64,000 nt of DNA from positions 232,197 through 296,196 of the forward strand of contig CAMFLR010000002.1 in assembly GCA_945957605.1 (NCBI GenBank), given 5' to 3'. The notes below the pieces were generated by a model. It saw nothing but the letters and a program-made list of their open reading frames with translations. It had not been told where the DNA came from and did no database searches. Positions 36,608 to 47,684 of the stretch are shown here, in pieces. Each line of letters opens with the position of its first letter. The stretch's first letter is position 1. The stretch comes from an uncultured Isosphaeraceae bacterium (GTDB lineage Bacteria > Planctomycetota > Planctomycetia > Isosphaerales > Isosphaeraceae). The position numbers and the translations under genes were made by a program.

Positions 36608-39469
36608 TTACCGAATGGATTCATCCGTTTGCGTCTTGGGCGCAGTTACCGCTATTCTCGGCTGCATTGCATTGGGAGCAGGCGCCCGCGTATCGACCGC
36701 CTCCTCACGAGGCACAAGCACGATCGTCGAAAGCTCGAAACTACCCTGTTGTCCTTCATCATCACGAGCGAGTGCGGTCAGCCTCATCTCGTACGGAAAC
36801 GTACCCGCCGGAAGCGGTTTACCCGTCAAATCCCGAAACGTCCTGCGCAGCGAAGGTAGATTTCGTTCGGCAGTCGCACTGTCGGTTCGTACTGGAACCT
36901 GGCGAACCTTCCATGCATCAAGCGGCGAAATGCGCAACGTGCCCGACGTACGATCGACGCTCACACCGGGTATGTCTCGCGCCAATGCGTAGGTCAAAGC
37001 ACCTTTACCGCCAGACGCCTTGAGTTTGACTTCGATTTGATCATGCAGCCTGGTTACCAACGGCATTCGCGGGGTATCGAAATGCACGGGCACGGGAGCG
37101 GTTGTAACGGCCACCAGCGGAATGGGCGCGAGATATAATTGATGGTAACGAACGACCGCCATGGTGCCTTGAACGGCGGCGATGAGCGGCGAATCGCTTG
37201 AATGGATGAACTGGTTATAGGGGGTACTCGCCGGCAACTCGCCAATGACTTGACTGTTCAGTACGTTTCCCTGGATCAAGTCGCGATATTCCATAACCTC
37301 GCGCAATGTTCGTGTCGTGCCCGGGGCTTCCATGTGCGAGACGACAACCACCGGGAACTCCGTCAAAATTGTCGCCCGCGCATTATTCCAGCGCGTCACC
37401 TGGTTTCCACGCCAGTCGACCAAAGACTCTCCATTGATGCGCCGGCTCCAGCAGTCGTGGCCTTGCATCACAAAACCGACCATCGGTGCCCCATCGCCTA
37501 TGATCGTCGGGAGATTCAGCGATCCGCTAAGGCAAATCGGCTCGCCACCCTCGGGCGGCAAGCATTGCGCATCGACCCAGACCGTGCCACCGGGTTGCTT
37601 GCTGGCGCGGACAGCCGTCCGCGGAAATAGGCTTGAATCACTGGACGAGCCGTCTGCGCTTTGGTCGATCGGCTGCAGTGTTTTCGGGTTGTACGATCGC
37701 CGCTTGCCGTTCTGTGAGACTACCGACAATACCGACCCCGGCAGTTCCTCAATAAACGTCGCCGGCGAATCGAGGAATACGCGTTCAGCGTCATCAGGCT
37801 CGTTTGGAGATAGTCGATAGAGAAACGCACCTTCTGTAGGTGTGTAGAAAATCGTTCCATCAATCGACACCAAACCGCGCACTTGGCGATGCAGCAGACG
37901 ACGTGTGATGATTCGCCCCTGCTCGGTGTCAACGACGACCACCACACTAGGTGTTCCCTGTCCCAAGCCTTCGACGGCTTGCCCGTCCGTCGATGGCTTC
38001 TGCCCCCAAAGCACAACGCGAGGCCGACGCGCATCGACCGCCATTCCCAGCGCAATCATTCCGAGATCGACCGTTTTGACACCAACGCGAACCTCAATGG
38101 TCGCCCGATCGGTCACATCACCGGACTTCGCGCCGACGACAATCTTGTGCAACCCCGCTTCGACCGCCGTCGGCGACCATACCAACTCGTTGTCCCGCAC
38201 CGCCGCTCCGTCTGGTCCCGAGACAACTTCAAGCGTCGTCTTCGCCTTCAACTCCGGGTTGGTCAACGCCAGCGGCACCTTGATCGTGGTTCCGACGGCG
38301 GCCGTCACTTGCGACGGCACTTCAAGCACCAACGCCGGCGCTGCTTCGACTCCCGCCTTCTTGAGGTCGACGATGTATCCGATCTGACGCCAGGTGACGA
38401 CAAGTCGCTCACGTTTGGCGTCGAACCGAATGTACGGATCTGATCCACCACGGACGCCTTGCACATTGCCACTGTCACGGGGTTCTGCGAAGGCGTCAAC
38501 AAGTGGTCCCAGAACCAGATTCTTCAGCGTGCGGGCTTGTGAGTGCGTTTGAAAAACGACAGACACAGTGCTATTCGTAACTGGCGCGCCCGTCGGCTGA
38601 ACCAGAGGCTTTTGAGCCGAATCAACAAGCGATGCGACGAGGTCGAGCCTGGGATGCACAGCAACCGGTGCTCCCGCAAAAGTCCGGATCGGCCCAGTCA
38701 AGTCGATAGCGTACAGCGTGCTCCCTAAAACCCATCCCCGATTCTGAGGCGCAGCAATGGTCGGCCCAAAGCTCTCGTGAAGGTGCTGCCGACCGCGAAA
38801 CTCCAGAGTTGACTCATCAACTTCCATGAGATCACCACCGCTCGGGCTCGACGCGCCACGAGCATCGGGAGAGATCCAGCGGCCATTGTCCGACATCACC
38901 ACGTGAACCGGATGCGACTGATTCCAGCGCTGCACGCGCACACGTCCTCTGATCGAGCGTGCCGCGACGTCTACCTGAAACACCTCACCATCCCACCAGG
39001 CCGATCCTGTATTGCAAATCGCATAAACATAAGGATTGTCGGCCTTCGAGCCGAAAAGGGCATACGGCCCCTTGCCCGTTAACTGCACATTCCCAAGAAC
39101 CTTGTTGGTATCAAGGTCGATCACATAGAGCGATGATGTCGACTGGCAGGCCGCGACGAGCCGTCTCCCCTTGATAAACAATTCGGTCGGCCTTGCAGCG
39201 ACCGTGAACTGCGTTTTTGGTTCGCTCGACGCAGGATCGATTTCGACGACGCGATTACTTCCAACCAGCGCCGCGAAGATACGCCCGGAAGCCTCGTCAA
39301 GCGCCCACGCCGAGACTTCGTCTTTCACTCGAAACGATTTGATACCCGCAACGGTTTCATCGGCATAAATGCGGGAACTAGTTCCGCACAGAATCCAGAA
39401 CGCGAGACCAATCGGAATTGCGATAGCGAACCCAAATCGACGACATGGCAACAAAGCGAGATTCGACAT
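36608..39469 (-). CDS. Large secreted protein (953 aa) with beta-propeller/Ig-like regions; unknown function
   Basis: Signal peptide MSNLALLPCRRFGFAIAIPIGLAFWILCGTSSRIYA. Long uninterrupted ORF with beta-rich repeat composition (..YVYAICNTGSAWW.., ..LYVIDLDTNKVLGNVQL..). Confidence 0.7.
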   Translation of the reverse strand: MSNLALLPCRRFGFAIAIPIGLAFWILCGTSSRIYADETVAGIKSFRVKDEVSAWALDEASGRIFAALVGSNRVVEIDPASSEPKTQFTVAARPTELFIKGRRLVAACQSTSSLYVIDLDTNKVLGNVQLTGKGPYALFGSKADNPYVYAICNTGSAWWDGEVFQVDVAARSIRGRVRVQRWNQSHPVHVVMSDNGRWISPDARGASSPSGGDLMEVDESTLEFRGRQHLHESFGPTIAAPQNRGWVLGSTLYAIDLTGPIRTFAGAPVAVHPRLDLVASLVDSAQKPLVQPTGAPVTNSTVSVVFQTHSQARTLKNLVLGPLVDAFAEPRDSGNVQGVRGGSDPYIRFDAKRERLVVTWRQIGYIVDLKKAGVEAAPALVLEVPSQVTAAVGTTIKVPLALTNPELKAKTTLEVVSGPDGAAVRDNELVWSPTAVEAGLHKIVVGAKSGDVTDRATIEVRVGVKTVDLGMIALGMAVDARRPRVVLWGQKPSTDGQAVEGLGQGTPSVVVVVDTEQGRIITRRLLHRQVRGLVSIDGTIFYTPTEGAFLYRLSPNEPDDAERVFLDSPATFIEELPGSVLSVVSQNGKRRSYNPKTLQPIDQSADGSSSDSSLFPRTAVRASKQPGGTVWVDAQCLPPEGGEPICLSGSLNLPTIIGDGAPMVGFVMQGHDCWSRRINGESLVDWRGNQVTRWNNARATILTEFPVVVVSHMEAPGTTRTLREVMEYRDLIQGNVLNSQVIGELPASTPYNQFIHSSDSPLIAAVQGTMAVVRYHQLYLAPIPLVAVTTAPVPVHFDTPRMPLVTRLHDQIEVKLKASGGKGALTYALARDIPGVSVDRTSGTLRISPLDAWKVRQVPVRTDSATAERNLPSLRRTFRDLTGKPLPAGTFPYEMRLTALARDDEGQQGSFELSTIVLVPREEAVDTRAPAPNAMQPRIAVTAPKTQTDESIR

Positions 39470-39587
39470 GGATGCCTCGATGTGTTAGGGGCGAGACGGC
39501 AATCCGCCTAGCAACATCATCAACGGCAACGCGACTCGCCTCAAGCAAAAACTCGCCAGCGCGAGGATCAGGCCAGAGACGAGAGAT

Positions 39588-39815
39588 TCACTCCAAAGCT
39601 GCGACCTCCTTGAGAAGGCTCGCTGCAATCGCGATTTCTTCGGCCGCAAAATCTGGGTACTGCGAGCGAAACAATTCGGCGACTAAAACCTCAACCGCCT
39701 CAGCATTCGAAAACGTTAATGACTCCAGTTCCCGAAACATTATCCCAGCGAGCAACCTGAGCAATCTAAACTTGGTCCCTACTTTATCGTTCTCCGCTTG
39801 CACCACTTCCTCCAA
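39588..39815 (-). CDS. Hypothetical small protein (75 aa)
   Basis: ORF only, lying at the boundary of a GC drop. Confidence 0.2.
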   Translation of the reverse strand: MEEVVQAENDKVGTKFRLLRLLAGIMFRELESLTFSNAEAVEVLVAELFRSQYPDFAAEEIAIAASLLKEVAALE

Positions 39816-39869
39816 TGTCAGTTCTTTCGCTGAAAGTCGCTGTACGAAAATGGCAATCGGCTGAATACG

Positions 39870-41065
39870 AACGTCACGGGAACCAACCAGCTTAGATCAG
39901 AGCGCTCCGCGGAATTCCAACGGCTCTCATGCGTTCGACGGAGAGAGCGGCCACAGCTAAGATCCCCATGTCAGTGAATTCTGATCACCGGCGCCAGACC
40001 AGAGTCAACATAAAATCGGCCTCATAATGAATTCTGCAAGTCATAAGGCCTGACCAATTCGACTCGGCACTCAACGACATAGAATCATAAAAGGACTCTA
40101 CGACTAGTTCGTCCTGTTCGTTGAGTCAGTCGGCGGTACTTATCTAAACCATAACAAGGAAAACTTCGAGCCCCAGAACCGCCGAAAGAGAAAACGTTGA
40201 CATTCTTCAACATTATTATAAATACGCTTATCTCTGGCAATTTACCCGGTACACCACACAATTCCCATTTGTTCAACTTCCCATTCTTGCCGAACTCTCA
40301 ACTCATACGTGTTAGAACCAAATAGCGATCGGCCGAAAACAGAGTCTCGTGCAACCGGGCATCGCACCTTTCTATGAGCCGATTTTGATGGCACCGAGAA
40401 TCACGGCAGCCCCGAGAGATTTGATGATCGTCGCTCATTAGCTGAAACGGATCCCCGGCTTGCGAATTGGAAGGAAGCTCACTCGCAGAAGGACCTCAAA
40501 GCGACAAGCCTTCGAAAACGAAGTAGTCACAGCGCTGCCTCAACGTCGAGACAGCGCGTGACCAGGGGGGGATTCAATCACCACGAACGGAGCCGGTGCG
40601 CCGGAACGATTAGCCGGGGATCTAATCAGGCGCGACGGTTGGAGAGTTCCGTTTTACGAGCGGGTCCCATGCACGCATAAAGTGCAGAAAAGACTCCAAT
40701 CGCAAAATCGATCTTTCCACTGTCTCATTGGGACGCACAATCGATCTTCGTAACCAAAGAACGACAGATTTAAGAAACGTTCCGAAAAAGCAACATTCCC
40801 AGCCCGCACCCGGCGAACGTCCGTGCTTTTCAAACATCTCAATTCACATTCGACGCCCACAATGCAGTGGGCACACGCGTCTTTTTGCTCGGTTCCATTC
40901 TGAAAAAAACGCCCATTACAACCGACGGTCGAGTGGCGTTCTGAATTGAAAACGCAGGGAGTGAGTAGATATGCAAGGTTGCTTCTAGGTGCTAAGATCA
41001 CCTATTCTCATTGGGACGATATGCGAGAACCCGTAACCTCTTTCTGAGAATTCCGTTCGGAGAAC
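39870..41065. other. About 1.2-kb AT-rich non-coding region (compositional island boundary)
   Basis: GC content is visibly far below the window average (for example ttcttcaacattattataaatacgcttatctctggcaattt). It contains only short, unconvincing ORFs. Confidence 0.5.
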
Positions 41066-41611
41066 TTGGAAATGGGCTCTCTGATTGCCCCGAAATCGCT
41101 TTCGCCAGCTGAAATTGAAATCGTCGAGAAGGTAATCAGCTCGTACCGCCCTTTTTTGTTGTTCATAGCGCATCGCGTTCGAGGGGACCACAAACGCGGC
41201 CTCGAGCATCCTTCCGACGTGGTTCAACGTGCACTTCTGCGTGCGTTCGTCAAAGCGAAGGGCGGCGAGTCGCCCAGGGTAGACGGTGCGGAATTCAAAA
41301 AATGGATTCGCCGATGTCTCTTCAAATCGACAAAGAAAAGCCGGCCGAAGCGATTCGTGCCGATTGACGCAAGTATTATCGACCCAGGTAGTTCTGTTGG
41401 CACCAAGGCTTCACGGCAGGATGAGGTTCTGCGACTCAGCAAGTGTCTGACAAAAATGGATCCAGCCGATCGCCAGCTTTTGCTCTGGCGTTACCAGGAA
41501 GGCTTAACCTGCGAAGAAATCGGCCGACGACGTGGGCACTCGGCGGCATTCGCTAGTAGAGCGACGCGATCCGCACTGATCCGGCTTAAGCATGCGTTCG
41601 CAAACGAGTAA
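41066..41611 (+). CDS. RNA polymerase ECF-type sigma-70 factor
   Basis: Region 2 (..DVVQRALLRAFVKA..) and region 4 HTH (..DRQLLLWRYQEGLTCEEIGRRRGHSAAFASRATRSALIRLK). Confidence 0.8.
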   Translation: MEMGSLIAPKSLSPAEIEIVEKVISSYRPFLLFIAHRVRGDHKRGLEHPSDVVQRALLRAFVKAKGGESPRVDGAEFKKWIRRCLFKSTKKSRPKRFVPIDASIIDPGSSVGTKASRQDEVLRLSKCLTKMDPADRQLLLWRYQEGLTCEEIGRRRGHSAAFASRATRSALIRLKHAFANE

Positions 41612-41827
41612 TCCAATCACGAATTCATAATCGCGCATACCTTATGTGCCGAGCACTTTGGTTCTAGAGTTTTGACATTTCATCGCTGATGTTTAAAGAT
41701 TGAATCGTTAGATTCAATTCGTCGCTACGCGCCTATCGCATTGTCTGATTTCGACTCTGAACGCCTGCCACTCTGCAGGCAATCGCCGAAACTGCGCGGC
41801 CAAGATTAACCAAAACTTATCGTTCAT

Positions 41828-44800
41828 GTGAGCGCATGGTCGGCCCGACATGCGGTTAAGGTCATGGGTGAAGCAAAATCATTCCCGGATGATGAGAGGC
41901 AGCCAACGTCCACACAACGGGATAAGAAAGCAGATACCATGGCTGACCCGTCAAACGGTGGTGACGAAGGCGAGAGCAATGACAAATCCAACTTTGAAGA
42001 ATATGCACAATTTCTCTCACTATTCCGAGAAGCCGCCGGCCGCCCTAGCAGCAGTCCGATTCCAGCCACTCCAGCAGCCTCATCGAGCATCAATGGATCT
42101 TCGCGATTCGAATCGCTTGGCTTGGTAGGATATGGATCATTCGGCGTCGTCTATCGTGTGCGAGACACCGTGCTAGGCGTCGAGCGAGCAATAAAAATCC
42201 CCAGAAACGATCCTCCTCCTAATGCTAAGACACTCGCAACTTTCTTGAATGAAGCGCGAATCGGCTCCAGAATTCATCATCAAAACATCGTCCAAGTTTA
42301 TTGGGCTGATGAAGTCGATTCGCTGCCATTGATTGTGATGGAGTATTGCCCAGACGGCTCGCTGGCAACATGGCTAAAAACGTGGTCCAAGGATGAACCA
42401 CTTCCCGCCCGATGGGTTGCAGAACTCGTCGAATCGATAGCCGCCGGGTTGCAAGAAGCTCATAATAAGAACATATTGCATCGCGACCTGAAGCCCGGAA
42501 ACATCATGCTGGTCCAACAGGCCGGCGACCATAATGGTCTTCCGCGGTTCATCCCCAAAGTCGGCGATTTTGGTTTGGCCAAAGCGCTTGAGACAAACGA
42601 CGATCGCAGCCAAAGCACTTCGCCGATTGGAACGCTTGCCTACATGAGCCCGGAGCAACTCGCTCCGGGTGCGAAAGCGACCACTGCCGCGGACGTTTAT
42701 GCCCTCGGCGTGATCCTTTATGAATTACTGACGCGCCGATTGCCTTATGAAGGAGTCAGCGGCGCACAGCTCGTTTCCAGGATTCAGGACCTGAGTCCGC
42801 CGGTTCGCCCACGCGTTCTACGTTCAATGGACCTGCCCAAAGATCTCGAAACGATCTGCCTTGTCTGCCTCAGACGAGATCCTGAAGCTCGTTATCCATC
42901 CGCGGATTCGCTCCGGCAAGATCTGCAAAACTTTCGGCTGGGCAAGCCAATCAAGCGCCGGCACTACTCTGTGATCAGGCGTCTCTTGCACTGGTCAAGA
43001 GCGCGGCCGTCTCAGTTGTTATCAGTCCTTCTCACGATTCTTTTCATAACGACAGTGATCGCAAGCTGGTCGATCTACATCGCGCAAAGAATCGGTGTCG
43101 AGAGAGAGTCGGCTTCAAGAGCCGATACCGCACGCAAGCTTGAAGAGGCGAGCTCGCAACTAAGACTGCATGACGATATCGCCTCGATACACAACGCAGA
43201 TACCCAAATGCATCTGTCGAATTTTTCACCAGCCCATGCCTTTTTGTCTCAAGTGAACACCAATCGCCTCATTCACGGTTTTCCCTTTCGCTTCGTGGCG
43301 AACAAAACCAAGCCAGACATGGAGTTTCTCTTTCGACTGGATGCAAAACCGACGAACGCGGCATTTTCTCGCGCAGGTGACAAGATCGCCTGGGCAGATC
43401 AAGCCGGAAACATCTACGTGTTAACCGGACTCAAACACAAACGATTGCTCCTCTCGGATCCATCGGTTCAGCCGATCCACTCACTCGTGTTTTCAAATAA
43501 AGGCGAATTGCTAGCGATCCATCGTGGTGACGAACTGTTGCTCGTTGAATTAGCCACTGGAACTTCGCTACCAATTCCCTACACCCAAGATCCTAAATCT
43601 CGCCCCATCTTCCTCGACAGTGATCGAACTCTTGCGGTTTCCGCGCCCCTTAAACAAAGAGTCGGAACTCTTCAACTTATCGATCTCAATCACACTACCT
43701 CGCCTTCACTTGATCGCAAGCTCACTTATCGCGATTGCTTCGCTACATCGCCGGATGGGCGTTACATCGCATATGGGGCTGCAACAGGAAATGACGTTGA
43801 ATTCTTTGAAATGCGGTCAACGCGAACGGGAGTTCGACTCAAAGAAACGGATGGTCAGATCCTCAACATGGCCTTCTCGCCAAATTCATTGAGACTCGCC
43901 GTGAGCCTCAATGAGCCGCGACGAGTCACAATGTTCAACATTGCCGAAGGTAATCCGCGACTCGATTATGTCTCAACGAGCAAATGCTTCTCGAATACTG
44001 ATCGCGAGCTATTCTCGTTCAGCCCTGACTCGGCGGCATGGTTCTTTTTGAATTGTGCGAACGAAATCATCGCGGAATTCTCAGTGCATCACGGCGACGA
44101 ATTGGCTAACCGCGGAGAGCACAGCCGATTGCAATATCGTACATACAACGACAAATGGTTGTCACCACAAACATTTGCACAGAGCAAAACGACGCTCTGC
44201 GCATTCGACCGATCCGGCAGCATCCTCATGGCCTGGGATTCGAATCCACCTGCATTATGCGGCAACCTGATTCGAGACGAGCCGATACCACAGCAAGAAA
44301 AGCCGGTTGCAGGAATTCCATGCTTCTGCCCCAACGGAGGCGACGACACACTTGTATACTTCAGCGAAACCAACATCATTCGCTGGCACTTGAGGCCAGG
44401 TATCCCTCGCCCTGACGTGATTGATGGCGACTCGGAAGAATGGGTGTGGTCCGTAGCAGCATCATCTGACGGAACCTCTTTCGCAAGCGGCGGCGAAGGT
44501 GCGAAACTTAACATATGGGACCTCGCGACGGGCGAACAAACACATACACTTACCGGTCATAACGCATCGGTTGGCGCCATTGATTACAGCCCCGATGGCC
44601 GATTCATCGCCTCGGGAAGTTTTGAGAACAACAATAATCTGAAGCTCTGGAATACCACGACAGGCCACTTCATTCGCGATTTTGTTGGACACACCGACAA
44701 GGTGCGTTCCGTCCATTTCGATCCGTCCGGCCGGTATCTTGCATCAGCCTCGTGGGACCGCTCGGTTCGAGTATGGAACGTTGAAACCGGTAAATGCGTG

Positions 44801-45289
44801 AACGTTCTCGACGGTATGGATTCCAAGGCGATGAACGCCCGATACTTTCCCGACGGCAAGCGCATTCTCGTCTGCAATCAATACGCATTCATATGGGATC
44901 CTTCAACGGGCACACAGATTCCCCTGCTCCCCCGCGAAAAGCACGACGCCTCAGCAATCGCCGTCGGCCCCGATGGAAACACTGTTGCGGTTGGTGACGA
45001 CCAGGGAAATATTGTCCTGTGGGATGCGGATTCCAGAGAGATCATCAACACCATTGGAGGCGCACCAGGAGAATGTCACGCATTGACCTTCACACCAGAT
45101 GGCCAAACGCTTGCCTCCGCATCCATCAATGGGCAGATTGAACTTTGGGACGTTCCCAAGGCAACGCTACTAACCTACTTGAAGGGCCATAAGAACTGGG
45201 CAAATTCGTTGGTGTTTACGCATGACGCGAAGGCGCTTCTCTCTGGTAGCCACGACGGCACGATCCGCATCTGGCGTGCAAGCCGATAG
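41828..45289 (+). CDS. Serine/threonine protein kinase fused to a TM segment and a C-terminal WD40 beta-propeller
   Basis: Kinase motifs GYGSFGVVYRV, AIKIP, HRDLKPGNIML, DFGLAK, GTLAYMSPE. WD40 repeats GHNASVGAIDYSPDGRFIASGS, WDRSVRVWNV, GSHDGTIRIWRA. The start may be internal (MGEAK or MADPS). Confidence 0.85.
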   Translation: MSAWSARHAVKVMGEAKSFPDDERQPTSTQRDKKADTMADPSNGGDEGESNDKSNFEEYAQFLSLFREAAGRPSSSPIPATPAASSSINGSSRFESLGLVGYGSFGVVYRVRDTVLGVERAIKIPRNDPPPNAKTLATFLNEARIGSRIHHQNIVQVYWADEVDSLPLIVMEYCPDGSLATWLKTWSKDEPLPARWVAELVESIAAGLQEAHNKNILHRDLKPGNIMLVQQAGDHNGLPRFIPKVGDFGLAKALETNDDRSQSTSPIGTLAYMSPEQLAPGAKATTAADVYALGVILYELLTRRLPYEGVSGAQLVSRIQDLSPPVRPRVLRSMDLPKDLETICLVCLRRDPEARYPSADSLRQDLQNFRLGKPIKRRHYSVIRRLLHWSRARPSQLLSVLLTILFITTVIASWSIYIAQRIGVERESASRADTARKLEEASSQLRLHDDIASIHNADTQMHLSNFSPAHAFLSQVNTNRLIHGFPFRFVANKTKPDMEFLFRLDAKPTNAAFSRAGDKIAWADQAGNIYVLTGLKHKRLLLSDPSVQPIHSLVFSNKGELLAIHRGDELLLVELATGTSLPIPYTQDPKSRPIFLDSDRTLAVSAPLKQRVGTLQLIDLNHTTSPSLDRKLTYRDCFATSPDGRYIAYGAATGNDVEFFEMRSTRTGVRLKETDGQILNMAFSPNSLRLAVSLNEPRRVTMFNIAEGNPRLDYVSTSKCFSNTDRELFSFSPDSAAWFFLNCANEIIAEFSVHHGDELANRGEHSRLQYRTYNDKWLSPQTFAQSKTTLCAFDRSGSILMAWDSNPPALCGNLIRDEPIPQQEKPVAGIPCFCPNGGDDTLVYFSETNIIRWHLRPGIPRPDVIDGDSEEWVWSVAASSDGTSFASGGEGAKLNIWDLATGEQTHTLTGHNASVGAIDYSPDGRFIASGSFENNNNLKLWNTTTGHFIRDFVGHTDKVRSVHFDPSGRYLASASWDRSVRVWNVETGKCVNVLDGMDSKAMNARYFPDGKRILVCNQYAFIWDPSTGTQIPLLPREKHDASAIAVGPDGNTVAVGDDQGNIVLWDADSREIINTIGGAPGECHALTFTPDGQTLASASINGQIELWDVPKATLLTYLKGHKNWANSLVFTHDAKALLSGSHDGTIRIWRASR

Positions 45290-45378
45290 ACTCTTTGCGT
45301 GTGCCTGGCGACATCAGGATGCTCGGTAGAACGAGCGATTTCATTGCCGCGACTCACGCTTGTCGCTTTCGACGATCG

Positions 45379-46404
45379 TCAGAAAGTAGCCAAAGTGGGA
45401 GTAAACTCCGCCCAGGTCTCTGCGATCACGCGCTGAGCAATTTGGTTAATTCCTCTGAGATCGGTTCGCTCGAGCGCCGCTTTGATTTCCATAGGATCGG
45501 AGAAAAGAGTCATCTTCTCGATCTGATGATTCTCTTTCATATGCAAAAGCTTCGCGAGCGGCATTTCCGGGCCGTGCAACGCTTCGAGCATGGGGTGATT
45601 TGGAAAATTGTACCGGACAGGAAGTGATGCCGCAGGAATTCCAAGCTTGATAATTGCAATCGTAAGGGCCATCTGAGCCACTAAGTCGGAATCAGTAAGT
45701 TCGCGCAGTTTCAGCAGATAAGAGAAATAGCAAGTCGCAAGTTGCTTCATCACCGTCGCAGGAGCACAGACCACGCCAAAGTTGTAGTAGATCGGCGAAT
45801 ACTGGTAAGCCGCATCGCTGGAAAAGTAATAAGGCCATCCAGGATGTTCGTAGCGAAGTTCCGGAGTCTGTTCGAGCTCGCAGAACTTATAAATATCATG
45901 CCACGTTGTGGGTGATTTACAGAACTGAAGCGGACTGGCGGGAGCAATCATCCCGGCGACGACGCCACGCTCATGCACATCGTGGATCATCTCGTCGAAC
46001 GGCGCGGCGACCAGAATGTCGGCATCCAGAAACAGAACCACATCCGATTTGAAGGCGTGATTGAATCGCGTGTCGCCAGTAGCGTAGTACGAATATCGCC
46101 GGAACGCTTCCTCAGGCACCCAACGAATCTCAACGCCAAGACGAGGGAGCCACGGATAGCGATCGGCAACACCGTGATCAATGTTCACGTCGCCAATCGT
46201 CAAGATTACTGGCGCATCTTTGTATGAACCGCCAAAATGCCTGAGCGACAGTACGAAGCACTGAACCATGTTGAAGAACGTCGGTGTAGGACTGATCGGT
46301 ATATGGATTTCCAGGGACGGCTTTCTCCCCATCGACCTGGTGATCCGCTTCGTAATTCCTGAAAACATCGTCGTGCTCATGTCTATTCGTGTTGCGAGGC
46401 TCAT
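45379..46404 (-). CDS. Nucleotide-diphospho-sugar (GT-A-like) glycosyltransferase-like protein
   Basis: ..VVLFLDADILVAAPFDEM.. is a DxD-type motif. The start is chosen at M36 of the track ORF, giving the common ATGA start/stop overlap with the upstream DegT gene. Confidence 0.55.
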   Translation of the reverse strand: MSLATRIDMSTTMFSGITKRITRSMGRKPSLEIHIPISPTPTFFNMVQCFVLSLRHFGGSYKDAPVILTIGDVNIDHGVADRYPWLPRLGVEIRWVPEEAFRRYSYYATGDTRFNHAFKSDVVLFLDADILVAAPFDEMIHDVHERGVVAGMIAPASPLQFCKSPTTWHDIYKFCELEQTPELRYEHPGWPYYFSSDAAYQYSPIYYNFGVVCAPATVMKQLATCYFSYLLKLRELTDSDLVAQMALTIAIIKLGIPAASLPVRYNFPNHPMLEALHGPEMPLAKLLHMKENHQIEKMTLFSDPMEIKAALERTDLRGINQIAQRVIAETWAEFTPTLATF

Positions 46405-47654
46405 GCCACGCGATGTCGATACCCGGCAGTTGTGCCCGCGATCATCCGTTTGTCCAGGCGCTGGCCCAGCGCATCGCTGTGCTTCACCGCTGTCGCCACA
46501 ATCCTGCAAACCTTTTCAATTTCTTCCTCGCCAACCGCCGTGCCCGTCGGTAGCGAGAAGATCCGGCCGCTCTGGCGCTCAGTTACGGGCAATAGCAGGC
46601 CTGCGTGTGGGAAGTAGGATCGGTACGGTTCCATGCGGTGGCAGCCGGGATAGAAGTACCGTCTTGCCAGGACGCGTTCTGCAGCAAGAATCTGAACGAT
46701 CCGGTCGCGGTCAATTCCTGCCTCGTCCTCATCAACCTCAACAACGACATATTGATAGTTACATTCTTCACGTTCGTCGTACGAAATCACGCTAAGTCCA
46801 GGGATATCTGCCAGACCTTTGCGATACGACCAATAGTTGGCACGATTGGTTTCGATGAAGTGGGGCATATGGTCGAGCGACGTGAGTCCCATCGCTGCGG
46901 AAAGCTCGTTCATCTTTCCGTTCGTGCCGACATGCGTCACGTTATCGTAAGTGACGAAGCCGAAGTTGCGCATGAGTCGCGCTTTCTCGGCCAGTTCGTC
47001 GTTCTTCGTCAGAATCGCCCCGCCTTCAATCGTGTTGATGAACTTGGTCGCATGGAAGCTGAAGACCTCAGCGTCTCCAAAGCTACCAATCGCACGGCCG
47101 CGATGAGTGCAACCGAAGGCGTGGCTCGCGTCGTAGAGTAGTTTGAGATTACGTTCGCGCGCGACTTCGACAAGCATCTGTGTGTTGCACGGCCGTCCCC
47201 ACAAATGAACGCCAAGAATCCCTGTAGTGCGCGGGGTAATCATCTCGGCGACGCGGTTCGGGTCGATGTTGAAGGTGTCGGGATCGATGTCGCAAAACAC
47301 CGGAGTGATTTCTTGCCACTGAAGCGCATGAGCCGTCGCAACGAACGTAAACGACGGCACAATCACCTCGCCCGACAATCCCAGCGCTTTGATCGCGATC
47401 TCGAGAGCGAGCGTCCCATTGCACGTGGCGATGCAATGAGGAACACCGGCAATCTTGGCGACGCGCTCCTCGAATTCCTGCACGTACGGGCCGCCGTTCG
47501 TCAGGCAGCGGCGGTCGAAAATATCATCGAAGCGCTCGCGCAACCGGTCCCGATCCCCAATGTTCGGCGCCCCAACGTGCAACGGCGTTTCAAACGCGGG
47601 CGTGCCACCGCAGATTGCAAGGTCTTCGAGTTGGTCCTTCAGTCCGTCTTGCAT
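46401..47654 (-). CDS. DegT/DnrJ/EryC1/StrS-family PLP-dependent sugar aminotransferase
   Basis: ..GGTPAFETPLHVGAPNIGDRDRLRERFDDIFDRRCLTNGGPYVQEFEERVAKIAG..NGTLALEIAIKALGL..; the catalytic-lysine region ..FSFHATKFINTIEGGAI... Confidence 0.85.
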   Translation of the reverse strand: MQDGLKDQLEDLAICGGTPAFETPLHVGAPNIGDRDRLRERFDDIFDRRCLTNGGPYVQEFEERVAKIAGVPHCIATCNGTLALEIAIKALGLSGEVIVPSFTFVATAHALQWQEITPVFCDIDPDTFNIDPNRVAEMITPRTTGILGVHLWGRPCNTQMLVEVARERNLKLLYDASHAFGCTHRGRAIGSFGDAEVFSFHATKFINTIEGGAILTKNDELAEKARLMRNFGFVTYDNVTHVGTNGKMNELSAAMGLTSLDHMPHFIETNRANYWSYRKGLADIPGLSVISYDEREECNYQYVVVEVDEDEAGIDRDRIVQILAAERVLARRYFYPGCHRMEPYRSYFPHAGLLLPVTERQSGRIFSLPTGTAVGEEEIEKVCRIVATAVKHSDALGQRLDKRMIAGTTAGYRHRVA

Positions 47655-47684
47655 GGGATCCCTCCCGAAAATCCTGGTCGAAGC

